DNA of 64,000 nucleotides from Candidatus Marinacidobacterales bacterium (GTDB lineage Bacteria; Acidobacteriota; Vicinamibacteria; Marinacidobacterales; DATDRI01). The number at the start of each line of letters is the position of its first letter. Positions within the stretch are counted from its first letter, which is position 1. The notes under the pieces were generated by a model. It had not been told where the DNA came from. It worked only from the letters and a program-made list of their open reading frames with translations, and ran no database searches. Shown here in pieces: positions 31,236 to 43,027 of the stretch. A program made the position numbers and the translations under genes. The stretch covers positions 704,001-768,000 of the forward strand of contig CBDCNP010000002.1 in NCBI GenBank assembly GCA_965219415.1, in the 5' to 3' direction.

Positions 31236-33924
31236 ATGTCCCTCACTCCTGGCACAAAGCTGGGCTCGTACGAAATCACCGAGCGAATTGGTGCGGGCGG
31301 GATGGGAGAAGTTTTCCGTGCCCGCGACATCAAGCTCGGCCGTGAAGTCGCCATCAAGGTTCTGCCCGAAGAGTTCGCCAAAGACCGCGAGCGCCTCACC
31401 CGCTTCGAGCGAGAGGCACGTCTTCTTGCCTCTCTCAATCATCCGCACATCGCTACCATTCATGGGTTGGAGACCGTGGACGGCACGAACTTCTTGGTCA
31501 TGGAGCTCGTGCCCGGTGAGACCTTGGCGGTTAAGATCGCACGCGGTCCCATCTCCCTCGGTGACGCACTGCCTCTCTTTCAGCAAATCGCGGAGGGGCT
31601 TCAGGCGGCACACGAGAAGGGCATCATCCATCGCGATCTGAAACCCGCGAACATTCAAGATCACGCCGGAAGACAACGTCAAGCTGCTGGACTTCGGGCT
31701 GGCGAAGGCTTTCGAAGAGGAGCCGGACCCATCAGCCGATCTTTCACAGTCCCCCACCCTCACGCGTGGCACGGCTGCCGGAGTTATTCTCGGCACTGCT
31801 CCCTACATGAGCCCTGAGCAGGCGCGAGGCAAGCCTGTGGATCAGAGGGGCGACATCTGGGCCTTCGGTTGTTGCCTCTTCGAGGCGCTCACCGGTCGTG
31901 TCGCGTTTCTGGGAGAAACCGTTTCCGACACGCTCTCGGCAATTCTCGGAAAAGAACCGGAGTGGCAAAGAATCCCCCGAAACACGCCACGACGCGTGCA
32001 AGAAATGTTGCGTCGGTGTCTCCGCAAAGTTGCGACGCGACGTCTCCAGCACATCGGAGATGCGCGGATCGAGATCGAAGAGAGTATTTCCGGTGCGCAC
32101 GAGTCGGAGCTCGGTGCTGATGCCGAGCCACGACTGGGCCGTCGTGAGCGCATCGCTCTCTGGAGTCTGGTGGCTTTGCTTGCCGCCCTCGCTGGAAGCC
32201 TAGCTATACGCTCCGTGATCCCGGAGTCGAAGCCAGTCGCCAGGTTGAGCATCCAACTACCCGAGTCCACGTCGTTTAGGAGCACTTCGCACCCCGATGT
32301 CGCTATCTCCCCCGACGGCAGTCGCATCGCGTACGTCGCGATGAAAGATGGAAGGTCTCGACTCTTCTTCCGACCCATTGACCGCTACAAGACGATCGCC
32401 CTCCCTGGAACGGAGGGCGGGAGGAATCCGTTCTTCTCCCCGGATGGTCTATCGCTCGGATTCTTCGCGGATGGAAAACTCAAAAAGGTAAACGTGCCTG
32501 GTGGCGGAGCTCCCGTCACCTTGTGCGAAGCGATCGAAGGTTGGGGTGGAACCTGGGGTCAAGGCGGTACGATCGTGTTCACGCCACAGTGGCTGAGCGG
32601 CATCGCGCGCGTCTCCAGTGCTGGCGGGACACCCGAAATAGTGCTCCCCGCCACGACCGAAACGCAAGCGGGATGGCCCTAGTTCTTGCCTGGTGACCAC
32701 GCTATCCTCTTCACACTTTTTTCAGCTGCAAAATCGCATATCGCGGCGATGTCCCTCGATGACGGTGAGATCGTCAAGGTAGTCGAAGGCTCCTACGCCC
32801 GATACGCAAATGGCTACATGGTTTATACGCACCAGGATTCGCTTTTCGCCCTGCCTTTCGATCCGGAGCGACTAAGAGTCAGGGGCGTGGCCGTTCCCCT
32901 TCTTACCGATCTCCGGATCCACGCTTGGTCCGGCAGTAGCTTCGACGTGTCAGAGAGCGGCGCACTCGTCTACTTGCCTTCACGGAATGAGGCACACCGG
33001 ACCCGGTCCCTTCTCTTGATCGATCGCGACGGAAGCGTAGTGCCCCTAACCGACACCACCGAAGAGTATGGAATGCCGCGTTTCTCTCCAGACGGGAACC
33101 GGATCGCGTTTTGCGTTTCGAAAAACGGGTGGAGAGATATCCACGTGTTGGATATTGCCTCGAAAAACCCCTCCCGGTTGACTTTCAATCCCGGATGGTC
33201 CGACTACTGCCCGGCGTGGTCCCCGGACGGTAAGACGCTGGCATTCTTGTCCTTCGCTCCGGATGGTGGAGGAGGCATCTTCTCTCAGGCGGCAGACGGC
33301 AGCGACCGAGCTACGCGCGTCACGTCGACGGGGAGCTTACTACACCTAGACGAATCCCAAATGCCAGGCGATTGGGGTGGGCATCAGAATCTACTGGCCT
33401 TCGAACAGGACTTCCCCGACAACGCGGACATTTATGTGCTCTCCATGGACGGCGGGAGCGAACCGCGACCGTTCACAGAGACCCCTTCGGTCTGGGAATT
33501 CGGCCCCCGCTTGACCGCCGACGGCCGCTGGATCGCTCACCAATCCGACGAGACGGGGCACTCCGAGATCTTCGTGCAACCGTTTCCCAACGGTGAAGGC
33601 AAGTGGCAAGTCTCAGTGGGTGGAGGAAGCCATCCGGCCTGGCGAAGGGACGGAAGTGAGCTCTTCTACTTATCAGCCGAAGGCAAATTGACCGCCGTAG
33701 ACATTCGGACCCGGCCTCAGTTCTCGGCGGCCAAACCGCGTCTAGTGTTTGAAGAATTAGAAATAGTGAGAGCGTCCGGCTGGCGCGGCTTCGCTAACTA
33801 CGACGTGTCTCCGGACGGTCAATCCTTTGCCATCATAAGAAACACCGCGAAGCCGGGGCGGGAGATCCGTTTCGTGCAAAACTGGATCGAAGAAGTAAAA
33901 CGGCTCGTTCCAGTAGGCAATTAA
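31236..33924 (+). pseudogene. Hanks-type Ser/Thr kinase with TM and TolB/PD40 beta-propeller; frameshift near 31660 and in-frame TAG at 32680-32682
   Basis: MSLTPGTKLGSYEI...GAGGMGEV, HRDLKPAN, YMSPEQARG, ISPDGSRIAY, FSPDG and WSPDG repeats, QNWIEEVKR. Confidence 0.88.
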
Positions 33925-33934
33925 GGAGAGTTTC

Positions 33935-34819
33935 ATGAAACGTATCGTTCTCGGAGCACTGTTCTTGGTTCCCACCATGGCAACAGCCCAACCCAAGCTC
34001 AAGGTCCACATCTCCGCCGACATGGAAGGCGTCGTCGGGGCCGTGACGGCCCAGCAAATGGGCCCGCGAGGCTTCGAGTACGAGCAGTCTCGAGAGTTCA
34101 TGACCAAGGAAGTGCTGGCCGCCATCGCCGGGGCACGGGCCGCCGGGGCGACGGAGATCTTGGTCGCCGACTCGCACGGGAACGGCCAGAACCTCCTCAT
34201 GAAGGAGCTCCCCGAGGACATCCAACTGGTGCGTTCTTGGCCGCGTGCACTCGGCATGATGCAAGGTATCGACGAGACGTTCGATGCCGCGGTCTTCATC
34301 GGATACCACGCAAGCGCCTCGAACCCCAAAGGCGTCGCTGCACACACCTACACCGGTGTATGGACCGACGTAATGCTAAACGGGGTCTCGGTTCCCGAGG
34401 CCGCTCTCAACGCCGCCATCGCGGGTCACTTCGGCGTACCGGTGGTCATGATCTCGGGAGACGACGCGATCGTCGACGAAGCACACTCGCATCTCGGGAA
34501 CATCGAAGGCGCCATTGTGAAGTGGAACTACGGCGAGAGTGCGGCTCGCACGTTGATGCCCGAGGCCGCCTTCAAGCTCATCCGAACCCAAGTCGAGAGA
34601 GCGCTCGCCCGGATCGGAGACTTTAAACCCTACGTGCTCGAGAAACCCGTGCGCGTCGACATGAGTTTTTCGACCGCGCTACCCGCGGAGACCCTCGCCT
34701 TCCTTCCCTCCATCGAGCGAACCAGATCTCACAGCATCCGATTCGTCGCCGAAGACATGGTGGCGGTCGCCAAGTTCCTCGAGTTCGTGGCTCTTTACCG
34801 GCCCGAGTCGGTGTCGTGA
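33935..34819 (+). CDS. dppA: M55 family D-aminopeptidase with signal peptide
   Basis: ISADMEG, VADSHG, FIGYHA, AHT, ISGDD. Confidence 0.9.
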   Translation: MKRIVLGALFLVPTMATAQPKLKVHISADMEGVVGAVTAQQMGPRGFEYEQSREFMTKEVLAAIAGARAAGATEILVADSHGNGQNLLMKELPEDIQLVRSWPRALGMMQGIDETFDAAVFIGYHASASNPKGVAAHTYTGVWTDVMLNGVSVPEAALNAAIAGHFGVPVVMISGDDAIVDEAHSHLGNIEGAIVKWNYGESAARTLMPEAAFKLIRTQVERALARIGDFKPYVLEKPVRVDMSFSTALPAETLAFLPSIERTRSHSIRFVAEDMVAVAKFLEFVALYRPESVS

Positions 34820-34920
34820 ATAACCGGAAATAGAAGGACTTACGAGTCGGACGCACATTCTCGGAACAATGCGTCGTGTCGTGACGTATCCACTCTCGAG
34901 TTAGGGGACGAGCAAACGGG

Positions 34921-37369
34921 ATGATAGACGGTCTTCTCCAGGATTTGCGGTATGCTTTTCGGACCCTCGCCAAGAGCCCGGCGTTCGTCACGGTCGCCGT
35001 CCTGTCGCTCGCGCTCGGCATCGGTGCCAATACCGCCATCTTCAGCGTCATTAACGGTGTCTTGTTTAAGCCGATGCCGGTCCACAATCCAAACGAGTTA
35101 GTCGCGGTCTATGCCACCACTCCTCGATTGAACGTTCCCAGCCAGTTTTCCTTCCCAGATTACTTGGACTATCGCGAGCAGAACGATGTCTTCACCGATA
35201 TCTTCGCGCACTTCGGCGTGCCACTGAGCCTTACCGACGGTGACCAACCGGAGATGGTCTGGGGAGAGATCGTAACCGGGAACTACTTCATCGGGCTCGG
35301 AGCGGAGCCCGTCGTGGGCCGCACGCTCATTCCGGAAGACGATCGGACGCCGGGAGGCCACCCCGTCGCCGTCCTTCGACACGGCTACTGGGAACGCCGT
35401 TTTGGCGCCGATCCATCCGTCGTCGGCCGCATCGTCAAACTGAACGGACACGAGTTCACACTGGTGGGTGTCGCGCCTAAGGGATTCACCGGCACGAAGT
35501 TTCTCGGTTACACTCCCGATCTGTGGGTTCCGGTGACGATGCACGAGCAAGTATGGCCGGGAAGCGATGGCCTACTCGACAAGCGCGGCGCTAACTGGCT
35601 CCAGTTTCGCGCGCGGCTGAAGCCGGGTGTAACGCTCGAAGAAGCGAAGACCGCGATGAACACCATCGCCCCGACGCCTGGAAGTTTCCTACCCGGAGAC
35701 CAACCGCGAGTTCGAAATGCACGTCATTCCCGGCAGTACGAAGACCGAGCCGTTCATCGAGCACAAGGGGTTCATGCCCGTCGCCTCCACGGTTCTGATG
35801 GGGATCGTGGCGCTCGTCCTGCTCGTAGCTTGCGCGAACCTGGCGAACCTTCTGCTCGCTCGGGCCCTCTCGCGAAGCAAAGAGATTGCCGTCCGCCTGG
35901 CGATGGGCGCGGGCCGACTGCGTCTCGCGCGGCAGCTCATCATCGAGAGTCTTTTTCTCTCGCTTCTCGGCGGTTCGGTGGAACTCCTCTTGGGGCTTTG
36001 GTTCCTCGACGTGATGGTATTTCAGCCGATCATGGACTTTCCCATCGATTACGATTTGAGCCTCGACGGGCGCGTCCTCGCTTTCACCCTGCTCATCTCA
36101 CTGATCACCGGAACCTTGTTCGGCTTGGCCCCCGCACTACATGCATCCAGGCCGGACCTGGTCCCCGCCCTCCGAGGAGAGAGCCTCGCCGACGTGGCGG
36201 TCGGACGTCGCTTCTCGGGCCGAAGCCTTCTGGTCGCATCGCAGGTGGCGGTGTCGTTGGTGCTCTTGGTCGCCGCCGGACTCTTCCTGCGTAGCTTCGA
36301 GAACGCAACGGAGATCGATCCCGGTTTCGACACCGAGAACCGTCTGCTGCTCTCGGTCAATCTGGGACTTCAGGGCTATGGCGAGCCCGAAGGCAGAACC
36401 TTCTACCGGCAGGCCCTCGAGCGCCTCGAATCGACTCCCGGAGTGCGGTCCGCGAGTCTTGGTCGGCCACTTCCCCTGGATGCCTCCAGTAACGCCACCG
36501 ATGTGGTTATCGATGAGCTTTATCGCAAAGCGGGAGAAGACGAGTTCCCCATCTTCTATTCTATTGTCGGCTCTGGCTACTTCGAGACGATGGGCACCGA
36601 GGTCCTGAGCGGACGTGGCTTCAACGAACAAGACACCGAGTCGTCTCCCAGAGTTGTGATCATCAACGAGACCATGGCGCGCCGGTTCTGGCGGGACGAA
36701 AACGCCATCGGCAAGCGATTCGGTGTCTGGGGGGCCGACGGTGAGCACGTAGAGGTGGTGGGCGTAGCCAAAGACGGGAGATACATGACGGTGGGTGAAG
36801 ATCCCCAACCCTTCTTGTTCCTGCCGTTCGAGCAGAACTACCGCTCTGAGATGACCTTCTTGCTCCAAACGGAAGCCAACCCGCAACACCTGGTAACGAG
36901 AGCGCGGAAGGAGATCCAAGCGCTCGACGCGGAGCTGCCGATCTTCGGCATCAAGTCAATGGGCGAGTATATGAGCCGACACTATGTCGGACCCGAGGCG
37001 ATCGCTTCCCTGGCGGGCGTGTTCGGATTCGTAGCGTTGCTGCTTGCGTCGGTCGGCATTTACGGCGTCATGAGCTACGCCGTCGTCCAGAGAACGCGAG
37101 AGATCGGAATCCGAATGGCCCTAGGCGCAAGGCAGCTCGACGTGGTCGGCCTAGTCGTAAAACAGGGGTTCATCATCATTCTCACCGGCGTCGTCGTCGG
37201 TGTCGCGGCCGCCATGGCGTCGACACGGGCTATGACGAGCCTCCTATACGACGTGAGCGGGAACGATCCCGGAATCTTCCTGACCGTCTGCGTGGTTCTC
37301 GCATCGGTGGCATTGCTCGCTAGTCTGATACCCGCCCGTCGCGCCGCGCGGGTCGACCCCCTGATCGCC
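34921..37369 (+). pseudogene. ADOP-type duplicated ABC permease (MacB-like), frameshift near 35670; stop codon lost at a fusion
   Basis: LQDLRYAFRTL, ALGIGANTAIFS, ACANLANLLLAR, QRTREIGIRMALGA, PARRAARVDP. Confidence 0.88.
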
Positions 37370-37439
37370 CAAGTACCAGTGAGCCAGCGCTCTACCCAAC
37401 ACCCGCTCCGAGCTTGCCTCACCCTTGTGGCGTCCAGTA

Positions 37440-38576
37440 CCATGTCCAGCGAGACGGTGTCCCCCGAGGGTGGTGAGATCCTCAAAGACGTCAACGGTAA
37501 TCCAACCGGCGTGCTATTGAATCGGGCGCGCGCGCTTTTGGAAAACGCGATCCCGGAGTCCAAACAAGAGCAGCTCGAGGCGCAGATCATTTCCGGTCTG
37601 GAGCAAATGGCGTCCTCCGGCTTCGTCATGGTGCACGAGGCCGGAACCGACAGAGCCACCACCGCCGCGTACGAGAATCTCGCCAGACGATACCAGCTTC
37701 CAATCCGCGTATCGGCCATGCTGTCCAGTCGCGACCCGAAGTTTCTGAGCACGTGGCTGAAGTAAGGTCCGGTAACCCTGAGGGGTGAAAGGTTTTTCGT
37801 GCGGACGGTCAAGGGTTACTACGATGAGGTGTTCGGCTCTCGCGGCGCTCTCCTTCTGGAGGGATACTCCGACCACCCGGACCACCAAGGGATCGGAGGC
37901 GCGGATTACGGCTTCGACGAGACGATGATGGCCACGGTGATGCGGGCCGGTTTCCAACTCGCCATCCACGCCATCGGCGATGCGGGAAACTGCGAGACGC
38001 TCAACTTCTTCGAATGGGCTCTCGAGGAGAATCCCGGCGCGAAGGAGCTCCGGCATCGCATCGAGCACGCCCAAGTGATCCAGCCTGACGACTTCCACCG
38101 GTTCGCGGAGATCGGAGTCATCGCCTCGATGCAACCACCCCACGCCGTCGAGGACAAAGGCTGGGCCGAGGAGCGACTCGGTCCCGAACGCATCGAAGGA
38201 GCTTACGCGTGGAGAACGCTTCGGCAATAATGGCGTGCCGCTGGTACTGAGCTCCGACCTTCCGGGTTCCGATCACAGTATTTTCTATGGTCTGCACGCT
38301 GCCATCACACGACAAGGCAAGAACCTCAAGCCACCCGGGGGGTGGTACGCCGAGCAGCGACTCACTCCCGAGGAGGCCCTGCGCGGTTATACCAGCTGGG
38401 CCGCTAGATCCGCTCTACTCGAGCTCACGACCGGAACTCTCGCTCCCGGCAACTGGGCCGATGTTACGGTCATGGACATCGATCCTCTCGTCGTCGGTTC
38501 GAAAGAACCCGAGAAACTCCTCGAGGGCGAGATTCTGATCACCATCGTGGGCGGCCAACCCGCCTTCATGCGCTGA
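37440..38576 (+). pseudogene. Amidohydrolase-3 (YtcJ-like) remnant, N-terminally truncated with internal stops
   Basis: PEGGEILKD...PTGVL, IHAIGD, RHRIEHAQ, ASMQPPH, GTLAPGNWAD, TIVGG. Stops at about 37763 and 38228. Confidence 0.85.
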
Positions 38577-38584
38577 TCGCCGGT

Positions 38585-38815
38585 CTACGCGCGGTCGATG
38601 GCCATGGCGTAGTAGACGCGCGCCCGCTGAACACGAATCCGTCGTAGGTCATCAAGGCTACCGAGACCGCGGCCATCGAACCCGTTTGGATGCCCGACCG
38701 CGGCAAGAACGTTTGCGTGGACGATGAAGCCCGCCGAGGCGAGAGTAGTCCCGACGTTGATGAGGAGGGCGTCGACGAGGTTGAACTCTCTTTGTAAGCC
38801 GCTGTCACCGGCCAT
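38585..38815 (-). pseudogene. APC amino-acid permease remnant with internal deletion
   Basis: LQREFNLVDALLINVGTTLASAGFIV (TM1-like) is joined to ARVYYAMA, a mid-protein APC motif. Confidence 0.6.
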
Positions 38816-38839
38816 TCGGTTGAGTTGGCCCGGCGTTCG

Positions 38840-39739
38840 TTACTCAGCGTCGCGCAAGAGGGGACGCGTCAAACAAGTAGGGCCGCCTCCTCCATTTTGG
38901 CTGATCTCCGTTCCGTAGAACGTCCTGACGTCGAAGCCTTCCTGACGCAGCCGGATATTCGTCTTCTCGTTTTCTTCGAGTGCGAGCAATTTACCATCAC
39001 CCAGAGCGAGGACATTGCAGGCCATGGTCTCCCGTTCCGACGGATAGATCTCGATCAGCTTGAAATCGAAATGACGTAAGAGCTGTACAGTCTGGACCGC
39101 GAGCCACGGAAGGTCGACGAGCGCGGTTCGCACGTCCACGATGCTGAGGAGAGACATGAGATGGAGGCAAACCGACGGACCGGGCCCGTGAGGAAGCGGC
39201 GCCACAAAGACATCCACACCGTGCGGCTCCAAGAACGCACGTAGCTGATCGATGCCGGAATCGTTGGTGCGGTAGCCGTGCCCAACCAGTAACGTGTTGG
39301 CATCCAACCAAACGATGTCTCCCGATTCCGCCGTTCCAGGGGAGCGGATTTCCCCGAGCATCGGAATCCCTTGCGATTCATAGAACTGCGCGTGAAGAGC
39401 GGGCTCTCCGCGCCGCGCCGGTTTGCCCATGTGCATACCGAGCGCACCGAAGTCGGTCACGAGAGATGCATCGTGGACATACACCGCGTCCAGCGATAGA
39501 TCCTCTCCCGGTGGCAGCAATAGCACTTCCGCACCGGCAGCCTCCAGCTCGCGGCGCAAGTCGGCGTGCTGAGCCTCGGCGGTGGTGAAGTTGGGTTCCC
39601 GATAGTAGCTCAACTCCCGCCATCGCCCCGTCTGCTCGGCATCCACCCATCCCGAAGCCTTGGGGGGACAGATCATCACCCGGCGAAGACCACCGGCCAT
39701 GGAATGACCGCCGTAGTTCCTCCCCCCGTTTCCCTTCAA
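38840..39739 (-). CDS. Amidinotransferase/dimethylargininase (pentein) family protein
   Basis: DAVYVHD, RRGEP, ESGD, RTN, LHLMS, GGGGPTCLTRP. Confidence 0.88.
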   Translation of the reverse strand: MKGNGGRNYGGHSMAGGLRRVMICPPKASGWVDAEQTGRWRELSYYREPNFTTAEAQHADLRRELEAAGAEVLLLPPGEDLSLDAVYVHDASLVTDFGALGMHMGKPARRGEPALHAQFYESQGIPMLGEIRSPGTAESGDIVWLDANTLLVGHGYRTNDSGIDQLRAFLEPHGVDVFVAPLPHGPGPSVCLHLMSLLSIVDVRTALVDLPWLAVQTVQLLRHFDFKLIEIYPSERETMACNVLALGDGKLLALEENEKTNIRLRQEGFDVRTFYGTEISQNGGGGPTCLTRPLLRDAE

Positions 39740-39920
39740 GCTGCTACCTTGCTGGAGATGAGCGTCGCGAGAATCGGTGCCGCCAAGAGGAGATCGTCGA
39801 TGGCGGCCCGTTCGTTCGCCGCGTGGGCCAATTGCACGTCTCTCGGACCGTATAGCACCGCAAGCACTCTTGCATACCGGCTGAGGAGCCGCAAATCCGT
39901 TCCGTAGGGAACGCCGGGGG
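39736..39920 (-). pseudogene. C-terminal remnant of an ArgE/DapE-type M20 peptidase
   Basis: The minus strand reads GVPYGTDLRLLSRYARVLAVLYGPRDVQLAHAANE...KVAA*. Confidence 0.7.
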
Positions 39921-39921
39921 G

Positions 39922-40896
39922 CTAGAGTGGAAGTGCTTTGCCAACACCTTGTTCGATCGCCTCGCTGTAAATCAGAATCGCAGTGGCCATATCATCAAGT
40001 GCCAGTCCAAGATTCATACAGATGATCCGTTCATCATCGGACTCGCGGCCGCTTTTTTTCCCGGCGACGATCTCACCGAGATCGGCATAGGGTTCCGGCG
40101 TCTCACGGAAGTATCCTTCCTGCCGGTAATATCGCATTTGGGAAATGTCATCCGTCGCCAGTTTGTCCGCTGCTCTCAGCGCGTTCCCTTGCCAATAAGA
40201 ATCGAAATCAAGTGGGCAGGCAAAGGCTCCTCTCGCCAACCACCCCGGCTCGATGGCAGGCACCGGGTCTCTGAGAATCGGACCACTCGTGACAACGATG
40301 TCCATATCTTGAACGGCTTCTCGGGCGGTCGCGACGGAAACCACATCGACGCCCGTCCTCTCCTGCATTTCCTTCGCGAAACGCTCGGAGATCTCGGGAA
40401 CGATGTCGTAGGCCTTGGCCTGTTGGAGCTGGTACAGGCCGGAAAGCGCTTCGAGGTTGCTCCATCCCTGAACCCCGCACGCAATGATCCCGACACGATG
40501 GCTGTCCTTGCGGGCCAGGTGCTTCCCTGCGATGACCGTCGTACCGCCAGTCCGCATGGCGGTGATCCAGGTACAATCCATGACCGCGATCGGAATACCG
40601 GTGTCTGGATCGTTTAGAATCAAGAGGCCGGAGACGTACGGAAGACCTTTCTTCTGGTTTTCCGGATAGCCGGAGACCCACTTCACCCCGCTCGCCCCGA
40701 GAAAAGGAATGTAGGCCGGCATGGCATGCGTAAAGGCGTTGGGACGCGTGTGGATGCCGGGCTTGGGGGGCATTTCGACTCTCCCCTCCCCCTTTTCCCG
40801 AAACATGTGCTCGAGATTCTCGATGATCGAAGACAGAGGGATCGCAAGGGCTTCAATGTCTTGCCGGGAAAGATAGAGGAATTCGCCCGGTTTCAT
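39922..40896 (-). CDS. Ornithine cyclodeaminase/mu-crystallin family protein
   Basis: EMPPK, HAMPA, GVKWVSGYPEN, ITAMRTG, GLALDDMATA. Confidence 0.9.
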   Translation of the reverse strand: MKPGEFLYLSRQDIEALAIPLSSIIENLEHMFREKGEGRVEMPPKPGIHTRPNAFTHAMPAYIPFLGASGVKWVSGYPENQKKGLPYVSGLLILNDPDTGIPIAVMDCTWITAMRTGGTTVIAGKHLARKDSHRVGIIACGVQGWSNLEALSGLYQLQQAKAYDIVPEISERFAKEMQERTGVDVVSVATAREAVQDMDIVVTSGPILRDPVPAIEPGWLARGAFACPLDFDSYWQGNALRAADKLATDDISQMRYYRQEGYFRETPEPYADLGEIVAGKKSGRESDDERIICMNLGLALDDMATAILIYSEAIEQGVGKALPL

Positions 40897-41025
40897 CGGC
40901 TAAGCGTAACCGCAACTCGACGCGGGACGCCAATAGAAGAAGCAGTGACGGAGCCCATTGGGGGCGACGAATAGCCGCCAGTTGTTTTGTGGGGAACGGA
41001 CTACGAAGTCCTTACACGGATCGAC

Positions 41026-41400
41026 CTAGAATCCGCGCTTGCGGCGACGGATCCCTCGGCGACTACCCTTGTTCTTGAATGGCTTTCCTCCATCGAACGG
41101 AGGAGCCCAACCTCCATCACCGCCCCCGCCGCGAGGTGCGAAGGAACGAGCCGGCTTCGCCTGAGCCTCGTTGACCCGAAGGGGCCGACCGGCCAGCTCC
41201 GTGCCGTCCAACGCCTGGATCGCTTTGGCGGCGTGTTCCTCGGACTCGAACTCTACGAAGGCGAACCCACGCATCCGGCCCGTCATCTTGTCGAGGGGCA
41301 TGAAGACATCCTGTACCGGACCGATGGCACCGAAGGCCTCTTGGATTTGTTCTTTAGTAATATCGAAACTCAAGTTACCGGCAAATACTTTGCGGGAAAT
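41026..41400 (-). CDS. RRM RNA-binding protein, probable ATT start
   Basis: RNP2 VFAGNL, RNP1 RGFAFVEF, GRPLRVNEA and a basic tail. AGGAGG lies 5 nt before an in-frame ATT at 41400. Confidence 0.88.
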   Translation of the reverse strand: MSRKVFAGNLSFDITKEQIQEAFGAIGPVQDVFMPLDKMTGRMRGFAFVEFESEEHAAKAIQALDGTELAGRPLRVNEAQAKPARSFAPRGGGGDGGWAPPFDGGKPFKNKGSRRGIRRRKRGF

Positions 41401-41729
41401 GACATCCTCCTTTTTGTTCGTCCCACGCATAGCCCACGTGCGGACGTGGTTGATTGGGTGACTAAGACCCCCCGAAGAGATGCTTCGATTGGAGCGTTAC
41501 GACGCTTGGACCGTTCACGCGTGTCGTGTCTTCAATTGCAGGGATTGCAGGGATACGGGCAGTTCTAGGCTCTGGGTGGAGGGAATATCACGCACTCGGT
41601 AATTATACTCGTCGAATCGCCGCGACCGCAAATGCCTCGCGGTTCCGCCGAGCCGAGAACGCGTTTCGGCCGGTTTGCCCGCCGTTTCAGTGCCCAGCGG
41701 GCGGCTCTCGGAAGGCGGTTCGCGCACGG

Positions 41730-41985
41730 CAATCGTGCCCCGCACCGCGGACACCTTCACGTCTCCGCCCTGACCGGCCAGTTTCTTGTGCAGCCCGAAG
41801 AGGGTCCGAAGCCCGTGTAGGGAAACATAGTTGAGCTTGGTGCAATCGACGATGATCTTGGCCGCGCCGGCTTCGATGATCTTCTCCAATTCTCCGACAA
41901 ATTGGCCTGCCGTCCCCTTGTCCAAGCCGCCATCAGCGCTCAGAATGAGGGCATCCTCATCGACCTTCTTGTAGTAAAACTCCAT
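41730..41985 (-). pseudogene. STAS anti-sigma-factor antagonist, C-terminus apparently lost
   Basis: ILSADGGLD...IIVDCTKLNYVS...GGDVKV; similarity ends near 41730 and the ORF continues as junk to 41515. Confidence 0.7.
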
Positions 41986-42129
41986 CTTTACACGCTCTTA
42001 GAAATGCCAGGGATTGGCCGTGCTATTCGCTTTGGGGGGTGGGTCGCAAGTCTTTGTTCCCTCTCGGAGGGTTGGGCGTCAAAGAATGGCGGGCCGCCGT
42101 CAACGTGGCCAGACGCTGGGTGAGGGCCC

Positions 42130-42780
42130 CTACCGGTACGGGATGCGGACCGGCATCTCCCTCACCGGCACCAATTCCTTCATGTCGGGCTCGTCCTTCA
42201 TCTCTTCCGCCCGCCCCGCATACCACTTGCTAGCCGGCCAAGCGGTTAGGCCGTGGGCAAAGACGCTCATGAACACCGTCACGATGATAATGGTGAAGAT
42301 TTCCTCGCGACTTCGTATATCGGCCCGGCCCAAAACCAACAACGCGAACAAGATCGAGGCAAGCCCCCGTGGCCCGAACCAGCCGAGAAAAATGACCGTG
42401 TCCGGTTGAAAGCCACCGCGGATTAGACTGAGCGCAACCGGGATCATTCTTATGACTTATGACCGTCAAACTCAGGACGCCATAGATGACCACCCTCCAG
42501 TTGAGGTGGTCTACCGCTGGCCAGACCAAGGCGGCCCCGAAGATCATGAAGGTCAGGAGGGCGAGCAGCTGCCCTTCCGTTTCCGCGAAATCATAGAGGC
42601 ACTGGCAAATCGCCCGCGACGTGTTTCCAAGGGTGAGCCCCGCGCAGAAGGCGGAGATGAACCCGTTGCCTCCTACCGCTTCCGCCACGAAGAAGGCGAG
42701 GAACGAAATCGCCAACGCGGCCAGTTGTTGAAAGCTGTGGTTCATCCACCGGGAGCGGGTGCCGAGTTGCACCAACTTGC
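42130..42780 (-). pseudogene. CPA1 cation/proton antiporter, C-terminal fragment, frameshifted
   Basis: [35 protein letters not shown]. Confidence 0.85.
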
Positions 42781-42975
42781 TTCCAATTCATCCAGGATCC
42801 GCTCGACTACGAGACGCGAACGCACCACTCCAACATCGACGTCTACGACCATTTGGAGATTAGCGATCTCATGCAAGCGGCGGCCATCCTCGCTTCGTTC
42901 GTCTACCACGCCGCGAATCGAGAAGAGATGCTACCTAGGGAACCGTTGCCGAAGGCTTTGTCGGTAAACCCCTAA
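42781..42975 (+). pseudogene. C-terminal remnant of an M28 (carboxypeptidase Q-like) peptidase
   Basis: [25 protein letters not shown]...[23 protein letters not shown]. Confidence 0.75.
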
Positions 42976-43027
42976 CCGCCTCATGGTAGCCGGCCGAGGG
43001 CTGGAGGTCGGGTGGCCGACTAGAGGA

